Assembly (NCBI GenBank): GCA_048013815.1
Contig: CM106586.1
Coordinates: forward strand, 11,842,001 to 11,906,000
Reading direction: 5' to 3'
Length of the DNA stretch: 64,000 bases
Source: Setoptus koraiensis
Taxonomy: Eukaryota; Animalia; Arthropoda
Of the stretch, positions 49,573-62,761 are shown in pieces. How positions within the stretch are numbered: the first letter of the stretch is position 1; each line of letters begins with the position of its first letter. The notes under the pieces were generated by a model, which was given only the letters and a program-made list of their open reading frames with translations, was not told the origin of the DNA and ran no database searches. Position numbers and translations under genes: made by a program.

Positions 49573-52346
49573 TCATGGACAAGTTGCAGCTCAGGTACAA
49601 GCAAACACACGAGCGAGCAAACAATGGACGCGATTTGTTTGCGTCTGGGCCCCGTCTTATGGGCGCATGAGACTCTCATGATGTGAGACAATACAAACGT
49701 TGATGATTTATTACAATAATTATTCATCTAAACAAACTACATGCATGCCAATTGATGGGCACCTTTAAAAGCCCGTGCGAATGCCAGCACGCGGCTATTA
49801 AAAATCCATCTAGTTTCCAGTTGCATCAGCACTCACAAATAATAATGATAATAATATCATTAATATGGCGATGATGGCGACGCGCTGCCTTATGCTTTTA
49901 TGGCATCGGCTCGGCAAACCGACACCGCCTAGACGAGAGAGATGTGATAGTAATTATGATGGACTTAATATTTTCGCTCGCTAATGGATGTTTGACAATT
50001 TCAAACTAATGCCACCGCAACCGCCAACAACTCGGTCGCTCTGTCGGCCCATTTTCCAGCCATATGGCCCAACATACACCTAGACGCTGTCGCGTTGCAT
50101 AATGTGATTTGAGTAGTGATGTCGTTGCTAGCATTTAGCAAGGGTATTTTTGTCAGATATGCAAAATGATATGTATGATAATGTGATTTACGACACACCA
50201 CGTCCCGTTATGTTTGACAGACACCATTGCTGCTGCACGCGCAAACACACTTCAATATCTGGCTCATATGTCTGACTCGGACATCCTGTTATAATAGAAG
50301 CCAACATGACGACATACAGTGCCCATCACGAGCATCTCGTCCGGGATGCAAGGCCATTTTTTCCGCAATTTTTTTTGACCCGAATCCGCATTACAATTCA
50401 ATGAATTCACACAGTATCCCGTGCCCAATGATTGCCGGACACTGCATCTGATGCTGCAGTGCCGGCTCGCTTGAATGAGGCCCAAAAGACAAAAACCAAT
50501 GATAACCGGCACTGAGCGTAGTCCTTACACAACAATCAGCAAAGCGACTGGTCCGAATAGCCAAGTTTCACGAATTGCCGCAGAAATTGGACCCGAGCTA
50601 ATTTCTACGGCATCATTGGTTCCGGTATCGATGCCAAAAATATCTGCACCATTCAGATGCCTCTGTCAGGGCGCAAACATCTGACTCGGGCCTCGCTTTG
50701 TTCAGGTCGGTTATTGAGTAACCCAGATACACCTTTTTACATATTGGTGCAGCACGAGAAGCCGAAAGAGTTGAACGCGAGATTGTACCAGTTTTTGCAA
50801 GATTCTGCAATTAAACTGATACTGTTAACTAGTGGTCGTGGCTTACCCGCCGGCCCGGGGTTATCTGGCAAACTGGACCCCGGGCTAATTGTTACCCGGC
50901 CGCTATCACTACTGTTAACGCGAAAGATGGTGCTGGCGCCATAATGAACCAATCCGAGCCATAAAATCGCAACAAATTGAATGATGAGTGTAAATTCGAT
51001 TGGCGAAATGAAGTTTCGCACTTTGCCCACTTGGAAACGAGATATTTTGCCCAACTGACAGGCCTTTCCTGCCAGGAAATCCCTGAGAACAAAGCTCGTA
51101 CGTGTGAACTTATCAAGACGAACTTTTTAAAATGGTTTCTCGGTATTATTTGCACCAGCTGCACTCGGTGTAAGCGCGAAATTTCTGACTATTGAGTATT
51201 GAATTAGCAGATCTACGATAGAAGAAAAAACAGTTTCACACAACCGAATCATATTGTTACATTGGCTAACCAAAAATGACTGGAACGGAAGTGCCACTTG
51301 TCCATTGGACTGGAGTTTGCGATTATTAATTGCCAATTAGTTGCTCGTTATTATTTGTTATACTGATGGCTAACAATGATGAGCGCTGCAACAGCTCGGA
51401 TAACACCATCAAATGGTTGCTTTCAGTGGATCCGTCGCGGGCTGCGAAAAGGAAATTGAGCAGATGGACACAGAGTATTCTGTTTCGCCACTGAATTGGT
51501 AGCGCACTCGCTCAACTTGCTGTCACATATGAGCAAGCCACAGAGAGATGTCTACATTAAAAGGGGTACGGGTATTGGCCAGATAAGAATAGTTGAGCGT
51601 CTTTTCTAAGAAAATTTCCTAAAGCTTGTTCAAAAAAAGCGGCCAATTCTCAGGTAGCGTGAAGAACTGTCAGTTTTCATATTGCTAATGGCATGCTGAA
51701 ATATAAATGTTGCCAGCATTTAGCACAATTGACACACTTGCGAATCAGAGTTTCGCGTCAAATTGACATTGTGATAACAGAGTTATCTGAGATGAATATG
51801 GCCTAGTTGGCCATAATTAGCGGCCAATTGGCCTCTGTGCGATGCGCTGAGACTAAAATTTTGTCGTCGTTTTCAGATCCACATACAGTGTCTCAAATTC
51901 ATCCTTGTGACCAGCATGGCTCACTAGAGAATTTCCAGGCCTCTTCCATATACATAGATGACTCGGTTCTGCTAGGAACGAATTTTGTCTGCCTTGGCAA
52001 TTATTGGCATTATTACTATTCTAGCCAATGGCTAGAATAGTAATTCGCTCGGGCAAGTTCCGCACGGGCCGTACCTCTTGCGAACTACTTCCTGGAATGC
52101 TTGTCGTCCCTCGCCAGCTATTCTTATCATGCTATTCTTATCATACTATTCTTATCATTCTTTCAGCCACTTGAGGTGTGCTTGTGAGCGATTTGGGCGA
52201 ATGCCTGAGAAGAAAAAAATGACACAACCACAACAGAGGGACACTTAATTAAAAATACCAAAATTCATTCCTTTCGTGCAGGTTTGGCCAGGATTGAACT
52301 GAGCGCTCGTGATCCGCTAGTTGTAGAGGAAAAAGAATCTTTTTCG

Positions 52347-52450
52347 GCTTCTTTTTCAAAAATCTTCAACTCCTTTTTCAGCAATCCTCTGCTGCCTTTT
52401 TCAGCAATTTTCCGCTCCTTTTTCAGCAAAGCTCTGCTCCGTTTTTCACC
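52347..52450 (+). repeat. Degenerate ~22-23-bp minisatellite x~5 (CTCCTTTTTCAGCAA core)
   Basis: Read directly from the sequence. Confidence 0.75.
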
Positions 52451-53736
52451 TACATGTGAGCTCATATCTTAACTGCCGCAAAGCGCTGCTAACACTAGAG
52501 CACGACATAGCGCAACCGGGCCCATTTAGGTGGGTACCATTCAGAGGCAAATGAAGCCAGAGCAATATTATAGGCCCCAAAAACGGCCCAATTCCGGGAG
52601 CATGCGCCCCAATTTGGTTGGCGAATCGCGACGCAAGTCCAGAGCACGAGCTCTAGTGCTCATGTCAGTGTGAGTATTGACGATTTCTGCATGGGTCCGT
52701 TATAGCGGCGAATGTCGCATGAGCTGAAATGTGGGGGTGCAACAAGCTTAACACAGAGCGATATTATTAATATGCTGAAATATTATGACCCAAAACTGGG
52801 ACCGTTACTATTTGCGACACTAACTTGCGCTAACTCCACACACGTCGTGAACACACTAACAGCACGTGAAATGAACAGTCAGATAATAATAGATTCATTT
52901 GTGGTGACAGAGATAGGAAATGACAGAGCTTTATTATTATTAGTGTAGAGAGAGCGAGAGAGAGAAAGGGGCCCCACAGTGAGACGGCGTTGTTTATTGC
53001 GTCATCTTGTATTTTTGGGTATGCGAGCGTGGGCGTCGCACAGTGACAGCAGAAATAAGCGAGCATACAAAGTGTGAGGGCCGGCCAAGCATTGAGTCAT
53101 CATTTTGTCGCAACTACATAGACTAGGCCATAGACGGGGCAACGCCAAGTGAGAGAGACGCACTAACTAGAGTTGAACAAATCGGACAGATTGCCTAATT
53201 GTCGGCCACATACATGCTGTTGCACGCACACGCACACACACGAGGGGCCCCGTTTGTGACGGTATAAATGGTTGCGATCGAAGCGAATGGAGTAACAATG
53301 CATCTTGGTTTGTTAGCGAGAGCACATCCAAAAGTCAGTTGATAACTGCCAACTTGTTATCCGTTTCAATTGATTGTGTCAGTGTGTGTTTGTTTGTCAG
53401 TGTGCGCGTATCAGTGTCGGTGTTGGTGTCGGCCCGTCTTATAGCAACAACAACAACAACAACAACAACAGCATAACATTATCAAACGAAAACAGTAGTT
53501 TAGGCCTGTCGCCGCAGTTAATTAGTGACGCAACAGCATACACACCAGCGCAATAACAATCATAACAATAATAATAATTAACGATTAATTAACGACAAAT
53601 TACAGACAAAACTAAGTACTACAATAACTCGGCGAGAATCGTAGCGAAAAAAAACTTGTTTACTTGCCAAATTTGACCAACACTCAGGACGAATAAATAA
53701 ATTAGCGACAAACAGCAACAACAGCAAATATCGACA

Positions 53737-55273
53737 ATGTCTCGGAATCTACTACTAGTGGCCTGCCTACTGTCGTGCGGTGGCACCATAATCGGTTCGC
53801 TCAATCACGGCCACTCGGTGCTGGCCTCACCTTCGTCGTCTTCGTCGTCGTCGGGCCCGTCAGCAATCAATCAACAGCAACAGCAGCCCGAAGAGTTGGT
53901 CGATCAGTTGAATGACGCAAGCCAGCGAAACGACAACAACGATCAGACAATTTTCGATCAACAACAACAACAGAATTTGTATCGCTCTAACAGCAACGAA
54001 CAACAACAGGCCCCATTTTATTCTTATTTGCGCGCCTCGTCAGGCAACCCGGCAGCATCGTTTATGTCCCCGTTTGCTAGCGCCTACGTCATGTCGCCTA
54101 GCCAAGGAACAAACGGCAACAATCTCTATCTACCTATTCAGCGTTCTTTCTTGAGTCGCGCCAACACACAACAATTCGGACAATTTGGGGGCGCGGGCGC
54201 CCAATTTGAACCGATCGATTTTGACTCAATCAATTGGAACGCGGCCAATTTAATGCGCGAAGGGCGAGCCTACAAGCCAAAGATTATGTCTACGGCACGC
54301 GGTTTTGGTAAGCGAAGTTTCGGCGGTTATTCTTCCATGTTTGACAACGCAAAACTATCGCACGGCTCAAATCAGCGCCACGTCACCTACGCCGATCTCA
54401 TGGCAGCGGCCAATCCCACCAACAATTACGCCATCAACAACAATCTGTCTGGTCACGGAATCAGGTGAGTTTGGCCACTGCACACGTGCCACTGCATTTA
54501 TGTGATTGCGAAAGCTTGATTGAATTTGGATATGATAAGTTGCGTTTGTTGCATGCACAATTCGGCAACTCGTTGGGCCCCCGCCAATGTCGGCAACGCG
54601 TGCCGATCTCCTCAACTGTCATCAACTCACTATAACATGTCCATACCGTGTCTCCCTTCGCCCCCCTCCATCGACATCACATTTGTCTCATCTTAAAATC
54701 CGTTTCCGGTCACCGCAACCAATCACCGCTGACCGCCGCCAAAACCCAAACCGAATCCCGTCCCGAATGCAAACCGAACCCGAATGCGAACCGTTAATTT
54801 GAATTGAATCGCCTGAATATCGGACTGACATCATCCAAATCCAACCACCGTCGTGTCGCAAAACGCAAATACGCGCGAGCACGCATCATTTGAACTGTCG
54901 TCGTGCAAATTGCCGCAAATTGTCGAACCGCCGTTTGTGCCCAACAACACGGACTGCCCACCATAATTTGCCTACATTTTGCATTACGATCCCTAACCTC
55001 TCAACCGAGCTCAAATGTCCCGTGTAAAATCGTTGTACCAAAACCAAACGTTACTGACCCTAACTAATAAGCTCAAAATACGCCGATTGGATTAACCAAG
55101 CGCTGGCTCGTTATCCGTCGCTAGGTAAACACGTCAATAGCAAATACTCAGACTACAATGGTATTATACATCGTCCAATCGAAATTGATCCTCATTATAA
55201 CACACAATCCCTCTGGCATCCCGTTGCATGCGATCGCATGCATCCATCGCTGCAATCTTATTACGCATGCTAG
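53737..55273 (+). CDS. AT: Allatotropin neuropeptide precursor, ~309 aa; exons 53737-54464 and 55072-55273
   Basis: Signal peptide MSRNLLLVACLLSC; GR|AYKPKIMSTARGF-G-KR (TARGF-amide). Exon 2 gives ADWINQALARYPSLGKHVNSKYSDYNGII, resembling the C-terminal region of allatotropin precursors. Exon 2 uses an AAG acceptor and is less certain. Confidence 0.85.
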
Positions 55274-56042
55274 TCGTAAATTAATTTCATTGTCGTCAAA
55301 TCTACGCGCGCAAGCTCGCCAATTTGATTTAATAGTGCTGACCCGGCGAGCAGTTTCAATCGGCGACCAGTTTCCACCGGCAAGCAGCAGTTCGGTTCAG
55401 TTCAATTCAACTCATCTTATTTTATCTCGGCCAATCTGCAGCTTAATTAGCCAGCCAGCTAATGCAGCGACCTCTGTACTGTGCCCATTTAAAAGCTATT
55501 CAGTGTATATTCAGAGGCTTATCTTTAGGTTATATTGCAACGCGTTATACATATATCTTACAGATAGTTGCATCCTTGTTTCTACTTGCCAGCACCATTA
55601 TCGTTGAAGTTGCGTCACCCGCTAATGTGCCCCACGATCCTCGCCCGTCGCCCCCAATAAACACGACAAGCCAATTTGTTGTGTTGTCTTCACACTGCCA
55701 ACCACATCATAATGCCTTTGTTATGTTGTGTCTTGACACAGCTCAGATGGCTTACAAGATAACACGATGGTCACTTTGGGTGCCTATGAGCATCTTGTTG
55801 TGTTTCCTGCTACAGTCAGTAGTTGAATAGATAACAACATTCAAACATACAAATGTTATGGAAGAAGCCTGCAGAGCCGACACACAAACAGAGAAAATTA
55901 ACATTTGGGGCGATCCGTCTTGGTGTGTTTTGTAATTAATTCTTTGCATTTATTTCACAAACAATTCGGGCTCGTATAATTCGCATCGTATCGATGCAAA
56001 CGCGTTGGCTTTGTATCACGACAGGCAAAACAATAGTTTGGG

Positions 56043-56170
<128 letters not shown>

Positions 56171-58520
56171 AGAACAATTTAATTAGTGTGCCGAGTTATA
56201 ATGATACGATCCTATTTGTTGATGAACCGCTGATTGATATACTAGACCGGCGCTAATTTTCTTCGACAGTTTCTAGACAGACGCGCTGCTAGCCGTGCCT
56301 CTTTCACACAGTTATTAGCATATCCAATTGAAGTGCTCGTTGATTACTCGCACTCACTCTTATGAGTCAGTCTCGGAAGTCTGTCATGGACGTACCAACA
56401 ACGATCCGTTACAAGAATACTTTTCTCATGAACAACTAATTCCCCAATAACTCACTCGCGTCACACTTTGTGCCATCGATCCCCCCCCCCCCGACACTTA
56501 CTATAAAAACGATAACAGATAATATAAACAAATCTCTATTAATACAAACATACACATCATTTACATAATTATCTCTTTAGGTGATGGTATAATAACTAGT
56601 GAAGAGAAGTATCAATCACTTTAAACCATGTTGAGAAGAACCCATGTTGACAGGCTACACAGTTGTTGCTAGAAAGCAGACATAATAAAACGGAAGCCAC
56701 CGGCTTAAGTGGAACACAAATATATACATACACTCAACCGAATACATCTATACGTGTAAACATGACGAAAAACCAATGATGCGATATTGCGTTGCAACTA
56801 AATGACACATCATCATCAATAATAAACAATGGGAGAGAGCTAGTTCAGTGAAGCGGCGTTATAACTAATCTATTCTCTATAAGATACTTTATATACAATT
56901 GGCACCCAAAGGTCACGGTGTAAAGTGTTGTAAGAGTTAAATGTTAGTGTTGCCAAACTTATCTATGTATAGCTAATTAGCAAACTACCTTGGGAGGGAG
57001 AAGATACAAGAGCAAACAAAATGACAGGAGGAGCACATTAATAGAGGAGCGAATTATATTCACACTACACTATATACCCCTACTACTTCATGAAATCACA
57101 AATCACACACACACACACACACACACACCAATTGTGTACTGACAAAATGCTCCAAAAACTACCACTATCACCACTATTCACAGGTCATCACACCAATGAT
57201 GGTCTAGATTAGCGAGAAAAGGAGAGAGTGAGTTGGTTTGGCATTTGTATCAGTGAAACATGAACAAAAATTTTAGCGACAAAGATAATAATATTAGTTT
57301 GACAACATTGTTGTCTGTCAATAGGTAGGATACATAGCATCACATCAAATGAGGACAACGTGTATCAACGCTACTACTACCACTATTACCACCATCACCA
57401 CTACCACCACCACCAACAGCAGCATCTAAGCATGATGGATACCACCATACCCTACCAAAGCTATTAGACAAATCGCAAGGAAATCATGAAGAATATCAAT
57501 TCAAGATCATTGTTCAGGATAATGTACAACTACAACAATAAAAGCAGATATATGCCTAGATGTAATTATAATGTTGTCGACGATGTTCAATAGCGAGAGC
57601 TATTACTGATGATAATGACGACGGTTTACCTGTCAGCAACGAAAATAACCAAAACAATGATCTAGCAATAATGACATCAGAAATAGTTGCTTGTTCCTCA
57701 ATTCCTCTCTGCGCTTTTTGCGATGGGCCGGTTGTTATACTACCACACTTCCGGTTGGACCATGATTCTCTCTTGATCCTGTCAGGTCTATTTTGATTTT
57801 GCCCAATTATCACCAATTATCAGTTGACTTGACAGTCGTGGCGGGGCATTCGGGTAAATTAATCCGATGATAGGCAAACATATTTGCCACGAAGGATAGT
57901 AGATGACAAAAAGTAGTCAGTAGTAAAGTATTAAGTAAATTCCAAAATGGATTATGCAATAGGTATGCGAGTGTGATTTCCATTCACTAGATGGCACTGG
58001 CTGAATTTTTGGCGGAAAATACAAAAATTGAAAAGTGGCCGCAATTTAATTGTTACCGCACTTGTATCCTGGCAAACACTTTCAATTGCTCACAATTGAT
58101 TCACAATTGTCAGTGGCGTCGAACAGGTACATTGGACAGGTTACGGTGTCGAACAATAGTACTGATGAGATAAAAAAAAAGTCCAAGTTGAGTCAGATTT
58201 GTTAGTATTCACGGCCAAAAATTGATCGTCATGCAACTTGTCGCAACTGGAAGCCGGCTGCAAACGGTATGAGTCGAGGCGGGGCCACCCAATGTGAGGA
58301 TCTCTGGCCTGTCGGCCGGTCTAAAAATAGCCACTGAGATGACGGATGCGCTCTAATGACTCACAACCTGTCAGTTTGACTGATGTAAATCACAGTTCAG
58401 TGCCAAATCTGGCACCGGCGAGCAGCGAGTTTGATTTGATTGGAGGCAGCGTAATTGTTCAATTGAAGAATATTCATGAGCAGAAAAGAAATTCATTGAT
58501 GAACTTGATGATAGTTGTTA

Positions 58521-58742
58521 AAGGGTGGTCGCGGCTAGTTCGTTTTTTGAACTATTAAGGCTACGCTAGCCTCCACAGTTCATTTTTCGTGCAGCTGATT
58601 TCGACTTTCTGTGCAATTCTCACCGAGGACAACCGAAGATAAGGCGACACAATGTCGGCACAGTGAGCACACGAAAAATGCACTGTGGAGGCGCTAGCGT
58701 AGCCTTAATAGTTCAAAAAACGAACTAGCCGCGACCACCCTT
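58521..58742. mobile_element. 222-bp MITE with ~70-bp TIRs and TA target-site duplication (Tc1/mariner-type)
   Basis: First 50 bp (AAGGGTGGTCGCGGCTAGTTCG...) are a perfect inverted repeat, then a 2-nt indel and one mismatch; TA at 58519-58520 and 58743-58744. Confidence 0.92.
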
Positions 58743-59140
58743 TACATGAAGTTGCTGATTGGTTGCGGCACGTATTGGTGAGTTCAGTTCACAGGTGAAC
58801 ATTCACAGGTGAACATTGGTGCACATGGAGCACAAGTTACAGGGAGAGAGAAGGAACGCAATTTTAGAGCAGCTAGCGCTAGATAAAGAGAAGCTGGCTT
58901 TTTCGTCTGGCTCGTCTCGCAGAATGGTTTGCATTCGAAACAGCTGACTGTAAAAATAAATTATGTCTACCATGTAAGTGTGGCTGTTCGGCTTTTTGCT
59001 CGCTGCTAATGCTGCTATAATACAGTAAAGTTCAGCCAAATGCGAAAAATTGGGACCAAAAAGCGAGCGCACGTTTTAAATTCACACTCATCATTTCGAC
59101 ATGGAGGCGGACAGTCACTTTCAATTTTTCATTTATTATT

Positions 59141-59627
59141 ATCATCTCTTTAGCATTCTAATGCATATTTAGACAAATGCAATGTGGCTAGGAATTGTGA
59201 TGCAATCGATACTACCGGATCCGATACAACTGTGACAACACTTCATGCCTCAGCTGAAGGCCAGAAATCATTTTAGATCATTGTTATTATTATTATTACA
59301 CAAATTAGCTCAAACAAACATACACTTAACGCTACTTAAATCATATGTTGATTATATGACAATAACATTATGTCATTATGATCATCACCTTCGTGATATC
59401 CTATCAATAGGAAATAATGATCTTAGTTACTACCCATTAGATGGGTGAGGCCGCAAAATAATTCAGATTGACATGAATCATAGCATTACACAACCACCAA
59501 GAGAGACTTTGTATCATCTCTTTAGCATCCTAATGCATATTTAGACAAATGCAATGTGACTAGGAATTGTGATGCAATCGATACCACCGCATCCGATACA
59601 ACTGTGACGACACTTCATGCCTCAGCT
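59141..59627 (+). repeat. 115-bp direct repeat pair (59141-59255, 59513-59627) inside the Tigger 3' region
   Basis: Aligned by eye: 5 substitutions, no indels. Confidence 0.93.
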
Positions 59628-59825
59628 TATTAAATGACATATTGTAAATATGACAATATATATAAACACAAATATATACACAGATATACATTTATGGACA
59701 TCTTATTTAGGATAACACGATCAAAAACTAGACCTGCCAAACTATCCAACCAAAAAGACAGAAATACTTCGGCCTAGGAACTTCTTAATAAGCTGACTGT
59801 AGATAAGCTTTTATTAACATCACTA

Positions 59826-61175
59826 TCAATCAACATGCATTTCATCACGATCAACATCAAACCAATCATCATCAGTATCATTCTCTTTCTTGTCATCAAT
59901 CATGGATTTAGTCAACAGACCGGAAATGTATTGCTCATAGTCAATTGAATCAACAAACAGATGTGAAGCTCTCTTGTACCTTTCACTCACTTCGTCTTCT
60001 ACATCATCACTGTCAATAAATATCACCGGCATATCACTCAAATCACGTTTAAAGCCGCATTTCTTCCAACAGTTAATGATTGTTGTCTCACTCACTTCAT
60101 TCCAAGCACTTGAACACCAATTTATAACTTGCATCAGATCGATGTCTTTGAAGATCCGTTTACTTGTCTTGTACTTTTCATAGTTCTCGAACATGTGGTC
60201 GAGCAGCTTTGACATGTAACGAGTCTTGAAAGAGTGAATGATGCCTTGATCGAGAGGCTGTGTCAACGATGTCGTGTTTTTTGGCAAAAATTTTAGTTCG
60301 ATGGTTGGGTACTTTGTCATGTCAATTTTCTCATGTTGCTTTGCATTGTCAACGAGCAAAATGATTCGTTGGTGACTGTCTAGAAGCTCTTGATGCAAAT
60401 TGGACAATATAGTTTCGAAGATCTCTCTTGTTATGAACGAGCTCTCAGTGCTGTAGTAATCAACCGGAAGTCTCTTCAAGTCATGTTTAACCGATTTGAA
60501 GCATCTTGGTCTTCTGACATTACCTACTATCACTGGCTTCCGCTTCTGACCTGAACAATTTACAAAAAATGCAACAGTCACAGCCTCTTTGTGTGTTTTC
60601 AGACCCTGTCTTTTTGAGCCTGACCGACAGTTTGTGCGAGCTGGATGTTGCTTCCAAAACAGTCTACTCTCATCGAAATTCCAAAGATCGAAGTTTGTCC
60701 ATTCATGCAAAATTTTAGGTATTTCAGCACTCTTGAACTGATCAGCAGCTTCGTGGTCGGCAGACAAAACTTCTCCGCATAGTGTGCCCGTTGTTATTTT
60801 ATATCTGGCTTTGAAGCAGCGCCACCAGCCCTTTGATTTCATTGTATGGCCTTTACCTTCCTTTCCAGCCACTACCTTTCTCACCATTAATGTATTAACA
60901 GGCAACCCGTTTTTGCGGTACTCTTCGACTTTGAGCAATCCTTGTGCATCTAATTCCAAAGGTGCATTGTGGGCAATTTTGGTTTGATGGTTGTTGAAAA
61001 CACGACAAACATCCAATATACGTTCTTTATCATGAAGAATTCTATAAACTTGAGACAAACTGAGATTATATATTTGCGCCAGTTCTCTTGGAACATATTT
61101 TTGTGAATCAGTAATTAACTCCTTTCTCTCTTTAAATGTCGTGTTTCTTCTTCTTCTCACACGTCTTCTAGGCAT
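59826..61175 (-). CDS. Tigger-family transposase (HTH-psq/CENP-B-like DNA binding plus DDE_1 catalytic domain), DD32D, ~449 aa from MPRRR
   Basis: WNFDESRLFW, LLVDNAKQH, FLPKNTTSLTQPLDQGII; 32 residues counted between D2 and D3; KSKGWWRCFKARY. Confidence 0.95.
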   Translation of the reverse strand: MPRRRVRRRRNTTFKERKELITDSQKYVPRELAQIYNLSLSQVYRILHDKERILDVCRVFNNHQTKIAHNAPLELDAQGLLKVEEYRKNGLPVNTLMVRKVVAGKEGKGHTMKSKGWWRCFKARYKITTGTLCGEVLSADHEAADQFKSAEIPKILHEWTNFDLWNFDESRLFWKQHPARTNCRSGSKRQGLKTHKEAVTVAFFVNCSGQKRKPVIVGNVRRPRCFKSVKHDLKRLPVDYYSTESSFITREIFETILSNLHQELLDSHQRIILLVDNAKQHEKIDMTKYPTIELKFLPKNTTSLTQPLDQGIIHSFKTRYMSKLLDHMFENYEKYKTSKRIFKDIDLMQVINWCSSAWNEVSETTIINCWKKCGFKRDLSDMPVIFIDSDDVEDEVSERYKRASHLFVDSIDYEQYISGLLTKSMIDDKKENDTDDDWFDVDRDEMHVD

Positions 61176-61633
61176 TTTGGAACAAAATAAATAGCGAATA
61201 GAGGACCTTGGATATACACAGGACTGATAAAGATGAGCCATAGATGACCGGCAGCAACCAAAAAGTTCGCTAGAAACACATGGATGCACAAAGATTCGAT
61301 TTTACCGCGAGAGAATAAAGTGAAAATAGCAAAAACGTGATCAATTTTCGCATTTGGACAGCATTCGCATTTGGCTGAACTTCACTGTATTCACAAATAA
61401 GTAATGCAAAGTCATGGAGTGATGTACAGGTAAATAAATCAATTATGTTATCTTTGTCTACACTCCTCTGTTATCCATATACATTACTCACTTTCTCTAT
61501 GAACGTATCATCATTATCCTTTTTATATGATTTATATTTCTTGTATTGATCTTATGGAATTTTAGTCACACACACATCATTCATTTGATAGAATAGCAAC
61601 CAAATAAATCAACAACAGAAGATACAAGACAAA

Positions 61634-62227
61634 ATGGAAAAACATTTGTTTAATCTCAAATTTGCAGCCAAAGAATTAGAGAGAAACTCAAAGAGGTGCA
61701 ACAAACAGGAGAAGATCGAAAAGGACAAGGCGAAGAAATGTATTGCAAATGGTCAAATCGAAAACGCCAAGATACATGCTGAAAATGCGATCAGGCAGAA
61801 AAATCAGGCCACAAATTACTTAAGAATGGCAGCCCGTATCGATGCTGTGGCCAGTCGTGTTCAGACTGCAGTCACAACTAAAAAAGTCACCACTTCGATG
61901 ACAGGAGTCGTCAAGGCAATGGATTCCGCCATGAGCAGTTTAAATTTGGAGAAAATTTCTGGTGTTATGGATAAATTTGAGAAACAATTTGAAGATCTCG
62001 ATGTACAATCATCATACATGGAGAACACAATGAGTTCTACAACGACAGTATCGACACCCCAAGGTGAAGTTGACAATCTGATGCAACAGATAGCGGACGA
62101 GGCCGGACTAGAGCTTAATCTAGAACTGTCTCACGGGGTAAAGTCATCTGTGTTGCCCTCCGCAACTATTGTCTCTCAGGAACAGGATGAGCTCACCAAG
62201 AGATTGGAACAACTGAGGAATGCCTAA
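61634..62227 (+). CDS. CHMP1B: Charged multivesicular body protein 1B (ESCRT-III), coding region intronless
   Basis: MEKHLFNLKFAAKEL, IHAENAIRQKNQA, DKFEKQFEDLDVQ, ADEAGLELN, EQDELTKRL. Confidence 0.97.
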   Translation: MEKHLFNLKFAAKELERNSKRCNKQEKIEKDKAKKCIANGQIENAKIHAENAIRQKNQATNYLRMAARIDAVASRVQTAVTTKKVTTSMTGVVKAMDSAMSSLNLEKISGVMDKFEKQFEDLDVQSSYMENTMSSTTTVSTPQGEVDNLMQQIADEAGLELNLELSHGVKSSVLPSATIVSQEQDELTKRLEQLRNA

Positions 62228-62761
62228 TCACCTTACACATATGAATGAGTGAACACCGTGATGTAGTAATCCAATATGATTGCTAAATTCTGTTGTTTTA
62301 TAGCTTATTAAAACGAAGAAAAAACAATAAATGTATAGCTTATCGTTGTTAGTTTACAACAGTGCAAACTTCTAGATCGGATGGTCAGCGCGGATGAAGT
62401 TGATATTTATCGTTCATTGTAGCTATATGATGGTAAATTTGACCTTCGGCACCTCTGTTGTTTGTATCTGTCATATATTGTTGCGGATTATCTGAATATC
62501 TACTTGTCTTCGATCTAGGTGTAAACAGTTTGCTTTTCGTATGTAAGCCAAACAATTGACAAGTTTTCTTGATCAATCGTGCAATGGTGCTCATCGTTAT
62601 CAGAAGCTCGTTGGTCTCTATTCAGAGGCGCCCTCCAGAATTCAAGTTTATAATGCGAAGTGTAGGATCAATATAATGCCAGATATAATCCACCCTACCA
62701 GCTGCACAAGAGATTTGTGATGAAAGACAAAATACAAAGTCAGTCTGTTGTAGTGATGTGA

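Larger units (their letters stand above)
59023..61387 (-). mobile_element. Full-length pogo/Tigger DNA transposon, 2365 bp
   Basis: 24-bp TIRs CAGT(A/G)AAGTTCAGCCAAATGCGAA with one mismatch; TA at 59021-59022 and 61388-61389; extra subterminal TTTTCGCATTTGG at ~61345; internal transposase ORF. Confidence 0.95.

Noticed and set aside
50434-50466. 12-bp hairpin containing CTGATG (hammerhead-like)
   Set aside because: Core is CUGAUGC rather than CUGANGA and no GAAA or three-way junction is present.
50475-51195. Overlapping 65-105-aa ORFs on both strands
   Set aside because: No frame is continuous and no domain was recognised.
54992-54999. CCTAACCT, a TTAGG telomerase-template-like word
   Set aside because: About one such 8-mer is expected by chance in 64 kb, and it lies in the allatotropin intron.
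57990-58045. miR-263/183-like sequence ATGGCACTGGCTGAATTTTTGG
   Set aside because: Seed matches, but the fold has a 5x4 internal loop in the duplex, which is poor for a pre-miRNA.
59775-59784. TAGGAACTTC, the start of miR-276
   Set aside because: Only 10 nt match, no hairpin, and it is inside the Tigger element.
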